DNA of 64,000 nucleotides from Pseudovirgaria hyperparasitica (Eukaryota): NCBI GenBank assembly GCA_010093815.1, contig ML996567.1; one strand, 5' to 3'. Shown piece by piece: positions 50,149 to 61,119 of this stretch (position 1 is its first letter; each line of letters starts with the position of its first letter). The notes under the pieces were generated by a model. It saw only the letters and a program-made list of their open reading frames with translations, ran no database searches and was not told where the DNA came from. The position numbers and the translations under genes were made by a program.

Positions 50149-51951
50149 ATGACCGACAACAAGACTCCAGAGTCTATCAATGGATCATCACCAGAGCGCA
50201 TCGACGCGGGCGACACCGAGCCTCCAGAGATCGATATCCAGGCAGAGAAGAGGCTTGTTAGAAAGCTTGATCTGTATATTGTCCCTGTCGTCATGCTTCT
50301 CTATCTTCTTAGCTTCCTAGACAGGTCAATATACCTCTTTTTATACCGCTCGTCAACCTCTTCACACAAAATCACATTGCAATGGCATGATATGGGCTCA
50401 TATCAACTTGACAAGATTGTTCTTTGATGTACCTCTCCAATTGTGTTCCATTCCAAGAGTCGTCTCGAGAGCGTACCGTACCTCATCGGCCACCTCAAAT
50501 ATAACGTCCTCAATGCTAATAAAGCCCCAGAGTAAACATCGGCAACGCCCGCCTCTACGGCCTCGAATCGGATCTCAAGCTGTCCCCGAAACAGTTCCAA
50601 GTCGCCATCTCCATCCTCTTCGTCACCTACATCCTCTCCGAAGTCCCCTCGAATCTCGTCCTCAAAAAGTTCCGCCCCTCCCGATGGATCGCCTTCATCA
50701 CCACCTCCTGGGGCATCATCGCCACCCTCACCGGCATCACCCACTCCTACGCCGGCCTCCTCGTCTGCCGCCTCTTCCTCGGCGCCGTCGAGGGCGGCCT
50801 CTTCCCCGGCATGGCCGTCTACCTAACCCTCTTCTACACAAAGCGCGAACTCGCCCTCCGCATCGGATACCTCTTCGTCAGCAGCGCCCTCGCCGGCGCC
50901 TGTGGCGGCCTCCTCGCCTTCGCAATCGGCCACATGGACGGCCTCGCCGGCCTCCGCGGCTGGCGCTGGATCATGATCCTCGAGGGCCTCCCCACAATCA
51001 TCCTCGGCATCGCAACCTGGTGGCTCCTCGCCGACGACGCCAACACAGCATACTACCTCTCCCCCGCCGACCGCGCCCTCATGCACGTCCGCCGCGCCCG
51101 ACAAACCGGCCAGACCGCCTCCGCACAGCACTTCCACTGGGCAGACGTGCGCGCCTGCGTCTCCGACTGGACCGTCTGGGCCTTCTGCGCCGCGCAGTTC
51201 GGCACCGACACCATGCTGTACGGCTTCAGCACCTTTCTGCCCACCATCATCCGCGCCCTGTATCCGGGGCATGGCGCCGCGCTGGTCCAGGCCCTGACGA
51301 TCCCCGTGTACGCGCTCGGCGCGGCAACATACCTGCTCGTTGCGCGCGTCAGCGACCGCACGCAGCGCCGCGGCGTCTACGCGGTGTCCTTTGGCCTCGT
51401 CAGCATCGTCGGCTACGCGCTGCTGATCAGCAATAGTAGCGCGGGCGTGCACTACGCAGGCTGCTTCTTGGTTGCTATGGGGCTGTATGTCGCTGTGGGT
51501 CTGCCGCTCGCCTGGCTGCCGTCGAATTGCCCGCGGTATGGGAAGAGGACTACTGCCACGGGGCTGCAGCTGACGATTGGGAATTGCGCGGGCATCATGG
51601 CGAGTTTTGTATGTTTTGTTTTCTCTTTTCTCTTGTCCCTTTTGCGCGGGCACTGCTGTGCCGGTTTGGATGTTCTTTTGTCGTCGTCGTCGTCGACGCT
51701 TTGACTAATTAACTGACTTCGACAAATAGCTCTACCCGTCTGCTGAAGGGCCGCGCTACGTGCGTGGCCACGCCGTCACACTCGGCATGGTTGCCTTTGC
51801 GTGCATCGTGCTGGCAGGCCTGTCGTTGCACTTTTCGCGCATGAACGCGCGGCGGGCTCGTGGCGAGGAGGACGGCACGTGGGCGCATCTGAACGCCAGT
51901 GAGATTGCAGAGCTGGGCGACAAGAACCCCGCGTTTGTGTATGCGTCATGA
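50149..51951 (+). CDS. MFS transporter, anion:cation symporter family (TNA1/DAL5-like); introns 50325-50530, 51609-51729
   Basis: RLVRKLDLYIVP, FLDR|VNIGNAR, EVPSNL, EGGLFPG, FYTKRELALRI, GWRWIMILEG, ELGDKNPAFVY. Confidence 0.92.
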
Positions 51952-52376
51952 ACACTAAGTGTGTCCCGAGCCAGCCAGTCAGTCCGTCAGATAGATAGCA
52001 TGTGGTGGGGAGCGGCTGGGGTTGGTGGGAGAGGTATGTTGCTCTGCTGATTAGGGGAGCTGGGGTTGATCTTGAGGATCGCTTGGGTCTTGGGAGATAC
52101 GGGGTACTTGTTAATCACTTATTTGTTTGTTTGATTCTATGGTCTGGAAAGTATGGAATATCTGTCAATACGCCTCTCGGCTATGTTTCCTCATATAGGA
52201 CCGGCACGAGCGTGACTTGTGCTTGAGAGCCTGGCGACTCCTCTGCCTACGCAGCTAGACGTATAATACAAACAAGTATGAAATCCGCAGTGGTTGTCTA
52301 GTCCCCTCAATAATAGATATGTGGACGCCGACGACTTCATTCCACACCAAAACCGGTCTAGCCCAGACCCTGCGCA

Positions 52377-53229
52377 GACCCGAGTACTATGAGATATCCC
52401 ACGATCGACACGACACCTTCCTGCCTCATTTAGGGAAATCCAGAGCATCTGGTAGGCGGAAAGTCCTAGGCTGAAGGTTAAGCCCACCAGCGTCAGAACA
52501 AGGACCCGAGTACGAAGTCCAACGATCGACGAGGCACTCCACTGCCTCTTCAGGTCCCTCAAAGAAGACAGCAGGCTTCCAACTGGACGCTTCGATGGAC
52601 GATCAGAACCTCCACGTCCGAGGAGACCCGAGTACGAGATTCAACGATCTTCACTAGGTTTCTGCCTTTTTTGTCGTACTGGAACACATTCAATCGTCTC
52701 ATTGGAGCAGAGCCGTGAGCTCAAACATGCCGGCTTCTGCGGAGAGCCGAGTACGATGTTCCATGATCGACTTTGGAGGACTGCCCTTTTCGACTGATCG
52801 TCATGATTGGACTTGTCTGGTTGGAGCTTACATAAATATGCAAAATCGTAAGCAGGCCTGTCGAATTCAAATCTCCAGTCTTCTCTCATATTGCTCTGGG
52901 GCTCTTTCGTTGGAGAGTACTGCGAAAGATATGGCTCTATGTATCGCCTTAGGCGGGCCTTGATAGCCCTGAAATGTTTGTTTCTAGCCGGTAGATTGTC
53001 CATTCTCATCTGAGGCATCGCATTACACTCTTGATTTTCTGGTCTTCCAAATCCACTTTTTTGAAAGACCTGCGTATGCTCTACGAAATTCACGACTACC
53101 TGGCGGTTCCGTCGGTTCTAGCAATTTCCGAGTATCAGGTTGGAAATATGGCAGTCCCAGGTAGACTCGTCTCTGGGCGGACCCGCGTACCGGTGAGATG
53201 TTTGACGATCTACACAAGAATTCTTGCCT
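52377..53229. repeat. Interspaced array of a conserved tripartite motif (GACCCGAGTAC..ACGATC..CTGCCT); 5 clear and 1-2 degenerate copies; period about 113-126 bp
   Basis: Copies start at 52377, 52503, 52625, 52744 and 53180. Degenerate copies at 53067 and about 52910. Confidence 0.82.
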
Positions 53230-53380
53230 TGTTAAGAGCATTCAGGGGTTCCTACACTTCCGATTGGACCGTTTAGACACGGGAACACACTAGGTCGCTG
53301 CGAAGCTCATTGGATGTAGTGTTGGAAATCGGCCAGCTCTGACGATCATGTCCAGGCGTCTGGCAATCTCTTTGAGGCGC

Positions 53381-54234
53381 TCAATCCGCACTCAATGCCT
53401 CCTCACACCTCGCACGAATTTCTTCAACTCCTTCGGTACCTTTCCACTTGTTGAGAAGTCCCTGTACAGCGACCCATTCTTCCTCTGCCGTCTTTCTATC
53501 GTTCTCTTCCAAGTAATGCGCCAGCCGACGGGGCGCATCGAGCACCCATCGGACAGTCTGCTTTGCATTTGATGACTTCGTGTCCGTTGTATTAGGCGTT
53601 AGCTCTGGGGCGGGCGGTGTGCGGTCGTTGAGCAGCGTTGATAGCGTTGCGGCTGTCTCAGCAATGTGGGACACGGCGGGGGCGAGCGTCGATGTGGAGG
53701 GAGTCATGGGGTCCATATTTGTGCGCATCTGTCCCTATGTGAGCCGAGAGTCCTGTGTAGTCCGATGGGTCAATTGTATACCTTGCGGATGGTGTCGGTG
53801 GCAGTTATAAGCTTCGAGTAGTTGTCGTATACGAGTGCTTTCTTCTCGCCGTCTAAACCCCTGATCTCTGTATTGGCCCGCAATCAGCAAGCAATCTAGA
53901 GCTTCATAGCGACCAAGGCTGCCATACCACTCATGAGTCCTGCCTCAACCTTCAGTACCTCCTCGAGCCCTTGGTTTGCAAGTATGTCCTTGACGTATGC
54001 CTCCGGATCAAATCCGTCGCGATCAAGCTCGCTCACATTCTCTTCTCGGATAACGGTTTCTTCGCTTGATTTATCCTCGCCTGTAGTCTCCGCAACCTTG
54101 ATGTTGTAGTAGTCGCGGAGTGCTGCTCTGTTACGTCTGGTTGTGCCAGGACGCGGAGCTTCCATCGACGTGCGAACAGAGCCAGCAGGGCTGCGAACAG
54201 CGGAGGAAGCGCGAGGAGAGCTGATGGTCGACAT
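53381..54234 (-). CDS. VPS51: GARP complex subunit Vps51, 3 exons
   Basis: RRNRAALRDYY, ELDRDGFDPEAYV, EIRGLDGEKKALVYDNYSKLITATDTIRK|MRTNMDP. Confidence 0.9.
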
Positions 54235-54544
54235 TGTGGAGAGCCTGTAAGCGTAATATATCCAACCGAGTGTTCTCTGAGCAAACGACGTCAAAAACCT
54301 AAAGTGAATGTATATTCCATCAATAAACAATTTAGTCTAGACAGTCTAGGTAGCTCCCTCGCGTTTGCCAAGCCATGATCAGGTCATGCGTACAATAGAG
54401 CACGGCAGACGCTCCCACGACTTTGCCATGATTCGTAGGGCTGAACTAAAGTTTCCAAAATAAACTTCAACCATCTCATTCTCCAAATTCTGCATGCGAC
54501 CAGCCTCCAACCAACCACCATCGCATCAGATCAATCGATAAACG

Positions 54545-54942
54545 TTAGCTTGACACCTGTCAGTCGCTTATTGTGCGACCCCGTCTATCCAGCCAATCAC
54601 TAGTCAACTGTGTGTCCTCGGAGCGGCTCAACGACCTTAGAAAGGCATTATATCGTCGCAAGGCCTGGTTCGCAAAAACTCAAAATCACCACGCACTTCA
54701 ATGGATGTGCTGAATTGCCTGCCTTGATAGTGGTCTAAGGGCCAATGGTGATGAGAGGTTTGGGGTCAGATGGTGATTGTTGGTAGATCAACTGTGTTTA
54801 GTTACCTATAGCGAAAGGTACACCATATATCAAGGTGGATCATCGGATGTGGGAGTTCTCCTTGCGTGGAGAAGTCCTTGTCTACAGCCACAACTCTAGC
54901 GGTGAAAGACTAAGGGACCAAGAGCGTGTCGAGAAGACTGAG
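54545..54942 (+). ncRNA. Candidate structured non-coding RNA (family not recognised)
   Basis: Nested complementary helices found by eye. G-U wobbles favour the + strand. No known family motif identified. Confidence 0.4.
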
Positions 54943-55069
54943 CTGTGCCGTGATAGCCACATAGCAAGCCTGCAAAGGGCGTAGCAACAACAGGATATCC
55001 TGACATCCCGTTCCCAAAAGAATCACAAACCCTATAACACACATCAATACCGTAAACCAACTCCCGACC

Positions 55070-55801
55070 ATGGCACAATCACAACCAAACCTAGCATCCG
55101 ACCTCCTAGCCCACCTCTCAACCAAAGGCCTCTCACCAACCCCTACCTGGCTCACCACATTCCTCACCACCGTCCGCCCAAACACCCCCATCGCCGCTCT
55201 CAAGCAGACCGCTCTATTCCGCATCCTCGCATCGGACATCAAAGAAACAACAACCTTCACCCCCTCATCCGTCTTCCCACCCGACATCCAGGACGGCACC
55301 ATCAAAGACAGAAACCTCCCGGGTCCGCTGCTAGTCCAGGTTCTCGACGTCGAAGACATAGGCACAAGCCGCTGGAGCCAAGTTGAAGCCATCGAAGCCC
55401 AGGAACGCGGCGAATTCACCCGCGGACGAGAAATCATCCGCGTTACGGACGAGGCGGATCAGGCTCAACAGGGGGCCACCCAGGCTGCGAATGCACGGAA
55501 TCGGCAGCAGCAGCAGCAACAGCAGCCCGGCGAGCAGAAAAGCTGGGGTCCGCACAAGTTGCTCTTGCAGGACGCGCGAGGTGCGGTTGTGTATGGCATC
55601 GAGCTGGTCAAGGTGGACAAGATTGGGCTGGACATGCATATCGGCGCGAAGCTGGTGCTGCAGAATGCTACCGTTGCGAGAGGCGTGGTGATGCTGGAAC
55701 CAGCGACTGTGACTTTTTTGGGTGGCAAGATAGACGACCTTTACACGGCGTGGAAAGAGGGCCGGAAAGACAGACTGAAGGCCGCTGCTGGTATGACCTG
55801 A
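55070..55801 (+). CDS. RMI1: RecQ-mediated genome instability protein 1 (RMI1 N-terminal/OB fold)
   Basis: LKQTALFRILASDI, LPGPLLVQVLDVEDIG, KLLLQDARG, IGAKLVL..VARGVVMLEP..FLGGKI. Confidence 0.9.
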   Translation: MAQSQPNLASDLLAHLSTKGLSPTPTWLTTFLTTVRPNTPIAALKQTALFRILASDIKETTTFTPSSVFPPDIQDGTIKDRNLPGPLLVQVLDVEDIGTSRWSQVEAIEAQERGEFTRGREIIRVTDEADQAQQGATQAANARNRQQQQQQQPGEQKSWGPHKLLLQDARGAVVYGIELVKVDKIGLDMHIGAKLVLQNATVARGVVMLEPATVTFLGGKIDDLYTAWKEGRKDRLKAAAGMT

Positions 55802-56402
55802 CTTTGTACGCAGAGGCGGTTCTGAGGCTTTTTTGGGGTCATCAATGGCGCACAGCACGGGGTACGATGATTTCCAGTACGTTAGACGAGCTGGTGGTAT
55901 GGTCACGCTACATGCCAGTCCGGACATAAGTACATCACGATATGACTACCAGTCCGCCTAGGAATATCTCCTTTCCTTAAATAAAGGAACACTCTGGTAA
56001 GATGGCCGGAAGAACAAGATAATGACAGATCACACTGCTGCGCTACACGACCCGAGGAGCTACGGACATACAAAAGTTTGTAGCATACACCAAACTGCAT
56101 GACTCAGATGTATCATTATCAATGTTCTGCTTTTGGAGTATCCCAAAGGGGAGCGAGAAGCCAATGTCTAAAGTACGCGCTTGCGGCGGCCTACTTCAAC
56201 ATGCTCACGAAGCAATGGACCACTGGAAAAACCCTATAAAGACGGCATCGGGACTGGTGGAAACTTTTCGACAAAGGTCCTGGTCCGAATGTTCTAATCT
56301 CATCTGACACGATTCCTGGATTTATGAAGATTATTCCAAAGATGCTGTATATCTGTTTCTACTACATCAATCCCCCCGCTGTCCACGAGCTAGGTGCAAC
56401 TA

Positions 56403-59342
56403 CTACACATCCTCAAAGCCCCTCTTGCGAACATCGAATTCCGAGTCCGGCGTCTTGACAACTAATGCCGTAGCTTCCGGCTTGTGGTAGATAGCCCCAT
56501 TCCACCTCCTTTTCGGATCCGTGAGCCCCAGTTGTCGCGCAATCGTAACATTTGCCATCCCTTCGATCCCGTGGCTTTTGTACGCCTGCGCTGCCATAGC
56601 AATAAGCCTGCCGCGCCATTCGTACCACAAATCTTCCAAGTCCATGGCGACATCCTCACCCTCCACCTTGGCCACGATGTGGCGGATCCAGGCAAATTGC
56701 GCGCGATTGACCCAGCGGTTATCCAGAAAGAAGCGTGTAACGCCAGCCATGACGAGAGCGCGGGTGAACTTGGGGCGGATCGGGGCCCGGCGAATGTGTA
56801 GGAAGAAGTAGATGCATTTCACGCCGCGCCAAGCTTGGGTTGGCCTGTAGGCAGGCGATGTGGCGATGGCATATGCCATATTATTCATGTGTTCGATGAA
56901 AGCGGGCGAGAGGGTAAGGTAATTAGCAACCTGAGGGTCAGAGATCCACTTGCTGTCAGATTTGCGGCCGTGGCCCATATTGCGAACGAGCCTAGTGGCA
57001 GGCATCGAGCCGTCCTCGATGATGCGCGACGAAACAGGTTGTAGTCGCTTGTCGAAGAGGTCTGGGAACATATAAAGGTTGGTGAGTTTCTTGATCCTGA
57101 GTGCTTCTGTGGGATCTTGGGATTTCCTGGCTCTCGTGGCCTGGTGCTTTAGCAATTGCATGATACGTTCCATAACTCCTTGCGAAAAGAGAAGACGAGG
57201 AAACGGATGAGCGCACGATCTGACGTCTCGTACGAATTGTATCAAAGCAGTTGAGCCCCACATGCGGTATATGATATCAAGACATGCGATCCATGCATCC
57301 TGGACGACATCTGAGTCGGCTCGACGTTGGAGCAAGTCAAGCATGAAAGTTGATAGTGTTGACATGTCTATTACAAGAGGTCGTCTCATAGCATGAGATT
57401 GCTGGGCAACACCAGTGGCATTGATGTTCGACTCCTTGAATGGGTCAAGATCCTGATCGCGGGATTTGCCCAAGTCCTGGTGACCCCCCGAGTGCGGCAA
57501 GATGTAGCGAGTTCGGAGGTACCTATTAACACACGATGTGTTACCCCGCATGCGGAATATCTTGAGCATGTGCTCGTGAGGAACGTTGCTCAAGAATGGG
57601 ATCAAATGGTCCCAATCAACTCTTCTCTGTAGATCTTGCGTCTTCGTATTACTCCGAAGCCTCCGGAGGGTCCGGTCATAGCGATGTAATAAGGTGAGCC
57701 ATCGTAGCAAGGTTCCCTTCTTGGTGGTGGTGCCCGCGACAAGAAGTTCACCCTCAAGCATCTCTTTCAGGACACTTGAGTCCACGGCTTGTAGTTCCGA
57801 GAGCATCATCTTCCGAGTAGCGCTTACGGCACGCATTGTCTCTTGAGTATCTGGCGTATCCCTAGGGTCAATTGTATGTGTGTCTTGATTTTCAGCACTG
57901 GTTCGAAGCATCTTTTCAAAATTTAGCAAATTCTGCCGAAGGTATCGTTTCTCAGTACGAGACTCTTCTTGCTCGTATGCTCGTGCAAGCCGAAGTGTGA
58001 CTTGTTCCGCTAACGCAGTGCCTTGCGGACAGTCGAGTAATAACTGGCTTATCAAGTCGACTCGTCTCTCAAAATGGAAATATTTCGATTTGATTGGTCG
58101 TAGTGCCCGTACAATGAGTGCCTCGCTAGTCGCATGGTGTGTCGCAAATTCCCGTTCTAGCTGCTCTTTCGAGTGTAGATACCAACTTTCCTCATGCATG
58201 ATGTCCATGACGAGCTTCACGCACGCAACACTGTGACGTGATAGGGAAGAATCTTTGGCACTCATCTCCGAGCAGATCCGTTGCCATGCGCGGGAATACA
58301 GCTTTCGATACTCTACGGTCAGAGTGCGCTGTTCCTTTTGATACAATACTCCTTCCGTTCTTGATTTTGAACTTCTTCTATCGAACCGGGACATCGATAT
58401 TTCATGTATGTTCTGAAGCATTATGAAAGTTGGCTTCAAGAGACGTGGTATGAGAAGGGGCAAACTCGGATCCACTTCTTTCATTTCCTCGACAGCTTCA
58501 GCGATACACCTGTCTGCTAGTTCATCTGGAGTTTTCCATGTATTCGTACTGGGTGGTGTCACGGGCCTGGATGTAGCAGCTTGGACGCCAGGCCTCTTTC
58601 GTTCTAATGCTATAGGAGGATGGAGGAGGCATGACGAATCAACAGTTGAGATTGGGCTCTGTATATCTTCGCTCTGTGTATCATCCTTGTAGCTACCATC
58701 ACTCCGTGTATCGTGCTTGTGTACATCAACACTCTTCGTATCGTCATGGAGTAACTTGTTGCTAAATTTGTCGTTGCTTGGTATATTCTCGCTCTGTATG
58801 TCCGGGCGGCGTACATCTTCGCTATGTGCATGGGGACATGTAATATCGAAGGTGTGTGCATACTTGTTATCTGTATATTTGCTGAATATATCTCCGCAGG
58901 TAACGCTGTCACGATGTCCATCTCCTATATGAGAATGTGACACCTCACAAACTACGATATACATAAGATACTGCCTGTACTAAAGAGTTTGCGACTCACT
59001 TGGAGCTTGGCCGGATGGCCGGCTTAAATTAGGCGGCTCATATGACCAGGTGTGACTTCGCTTGGGAGGAGTCAGAAGCCAGCTGAGTAGTCCTGGTGAA
59101 GGCGGAGGTGGAGCACTTGGTCCGTAGGACGCTACGCTTGTATGTCGTCGTTTGTCTAGTCGTCTTCGAGCTTCAAGCGGACCTGGCACATTGCTACCGT
59201 AGCGTTTCGTCGGCCGATTTCGAAGTGTAAAGTGAGCGAAAGTGTCTGCAAGAAGCTCGTCACTGATCCAGATGTGGTCTGATGAGACTTGTGGTCGGAG
59301 GCCAGTTACAGCTTTGCCTCTACCAGCGGCGATAGAGCGCAT
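56403..59342 (-). CDS. Large helical fungal protein, probably mitochondrial; intron from 58999 to 58952 or 58925
   Basis: Basic N-terminus with WISDELL..RYGSNVPGPLEARRRL. The GTGAGT donor joins in frame to an ~850-codon ORF. Function not recognised. Confidence 0.7.
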
Positions 59343-59519
59343 TCATTTGAGTGGGTGTGCGTAACCCAATTGACAAAGCAATGATTATAGAGCCTGAGTG
59401 AGGTTGTGAATAGGTTGTTGCTGCTATCGAGCTCTTAGTCTTGGCAAAGACTAAGCCAAAACGAGACAAACGATGGAAGGATGAATCGATGTTGAACTAA
59501 CCAGAAACCACGCTAGGAA

Positions 59520-59525
59520 ACGCGT
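59520..59525. promoter_or_regulatory. MCB element ACGCGT (plus near-match GGCGCGTC) upstream of ECO1
   Basis: AAACGCGTTT about 105 bp upstream of the ATG of an S-phase cohesion gene. Confidence 0.55.
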
Positions 59526-59629
59526 TTGGAGGCGCGTCTCAACAACTCCAAACTTGTAATTACAGCAACAACAATGGACTCAACAACAAAGTCAGTGCAG
59601 ATATAACTCACCGATTGCCTCTATCTGAT

Positions 59630-60745
59630 ATGGCGTCCAGGCCTATTCTCAAGACCTACTCCCGACAGCGCAAGCGGCGTACTCCAGATGACGAACCACC
59701 TCTAAAACGTAGATGTATACAGAGCGGAATCAGTCTGCAGCAAATCGAAGAGCCTCAATCTTCGTCGAGCCATCGTTCATCTAGCCCACGAATATTCTCA
59801 GACGCAAATGTCCCAGAGAGTCCACCTTCATCACCTCCAAGCTCTCAAACCACATCTCCGAAGACAACCGATACTATATACGATAAAACGCAGCGGATAC
59901 CCCTCCTTGAACGAAGTCAGACGTTACTCAACAAGTCCAAGCGCAAGAGCCTCGTGCAACTAAAGATAGACCTCGGATGGCAAACAAGAAAGCTGTGCAA
60001 AGATTGCGGCATGGAGTACATACCTTCCGACACTGAAGACGCCGCGGTGCATAAAAAGTTCCACACCACGAACCTGGGAGGGGTAGATATGGATAAGGCA
60101 TATTTAGATCAGAGGAGGGCGAATGCTATCTGGAGCAACGATCAAGGCGACTTTATCCTGGCCATAGGACGGAAAAGCAGCCTGGCATCAAGGAAACGCG
60201 CGATAAAGGTTCTGACTGTGGTAAACGCAGAGCTGCATGCCGTGGCAATATCAGATGAGGATCTATGGAGTGAGGTTTCACGGGCGTCAGATGTAGAGCA
60301 GCAGCAGCAGCAACAGCCTGCTGGCACGAGCACGAAACCTCTAGGAACATTGGATCGCTTCAAGGCGTTTCTCTACATCAAGGGCCAGAAATGCGTGGGC
60401 ATGTGTCTTGCAGAGTCGTTATCGAAAGCATGTACTGTGCTTGCTCCAGAGGATGCCGCAAGCGGTATTAACCAACCTTTGAGCTCTCCTGCGTCTACAT
60501 CGTCCATGATAGTCAGTACAAAGCCAGAGAAAGCAATGATGGGTATATCTCGTATATGGACGTCAGGAGCTCATCGAAAGGCCAATGTAGCGAGGAACCT
60601 GTTGGACTGCGCAGTCGACAATTTCCTGTATGGACTAAAGGTTCCAAAGAGTCTCGTAGCATTCAGTCAGCCGACTGATAGCGGATTTAATCTTGCGCGA
60701 AAATGGTTTGGACAAGACTCCGGCTGGCATGTATACGTCAACTGA
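59630..60745 (+). CDS. ECO1: Sister-chromatid cohesion N-acetyltransferase Eco1/Ctf7
   Basis: PIP-like QLKIDL. Zinc finger CKDCGMEY..EDAAVHKKFH. VGMCLAE, MGISRIW, AFSQPTDSG. Confidence 0.95.
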   Translation: MASRPILKTYSRQRKRRTPDDEPPLKRRCIQSGISLQQIEEPQSSSSHRSSSPRIFSDANVPESPPSSPPSSQTTSPKTTDTIYDKTQRIPLLERSQTLLNKSKRKSLVQLKIDLGWQTRKLCKDCGMEYIPSDTEDAAVHKKFHTTNLGGVDMDKAYLDQRRANAIWSNDQGDFILAIGRKSSLASRKRAIKVLTVVNAELHAVAISDEDLWSEVSRASDVEQQQQQQPAGTSTKPLGTLDRFKAFLYIKGQKCVGMCLAESLSKACTVLAPEDAASGINQPLSSPASTSSMIVSTKPEKAMMGISRIWTSGAHRKANVARNLLDCAVDNFLYGLKVPKSLVAFSQPTDSGFNLARKWFGQDSGWHVYVN

Positions 60746-61119
60746 GGGGTCGATACGGTTGATGCCGGCCGGTCTCAGTGTTTGCGACACCTTGTGCACG
60801 GGTGTGGAAGTATGTTATGCTATCAATAAGTAACAATAGCATTGTGAATGTATATGTCAACAACAGTCAAAATTGGCTGCCTAGGCTTGTTCTTGTATTA
60901 CTTATCAAAGAAATGGTTCCAAAGATAGTTCACGCGAATCACCGCTAGCCAGGGTTGAGATCGCCCAAGCTTCGGCGTCGTCGTCGATCCTGCATCAGCT
61001 TAGGAACACCTCGACAACTACCTTGGAAGCCTAGATTCGTGTCGCAAATCCCTGGGAATGCTGCTACGGTATCTCCTCTTCCATAGCAGCGTCATGGACA
61101 GCTTCTGAACGCATTCACC

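Noticed and set aside
52377..52870. 5S rRNA, tRNA or RNase MRP genes (120-bp period; GAAAGTCC at 52459 and GGAGCTTA near 52823)
   Set aside because: No 5S internal control boxes or terminal stem, no tRNA B-box or cloverleaf, and the two MRP-like words cannot form the P4 helix.
52377..53229. True CRISPR array
   Set aside because: Eukaryotic context, no cas genes, repeats are tripartite and degenerate, and spacers of about 75 nt are too long and irregular.
54780..54825. TPP riboswitch or U2 snRNA (AGCGAAAGG; TAGATCAA)
   Set aside because: Lacks the CTGAGA element and P4/P5 of TPP, and lacks the U2 GTAGTA branch-recognition sequence.
54895..54970. Group I or group II intron core (AGACTAA; GAGCTGTG hairpin)
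   Set aside because: No downstream S element for P7, and the hairpin does not match domain V length or geometry.
58925..59000. Apparent premature stop splitting the 56.4-59.3 kb gene
   Set aside because: The stop lies inside a GTGAGT-initiated intron with in-frame acceptors.
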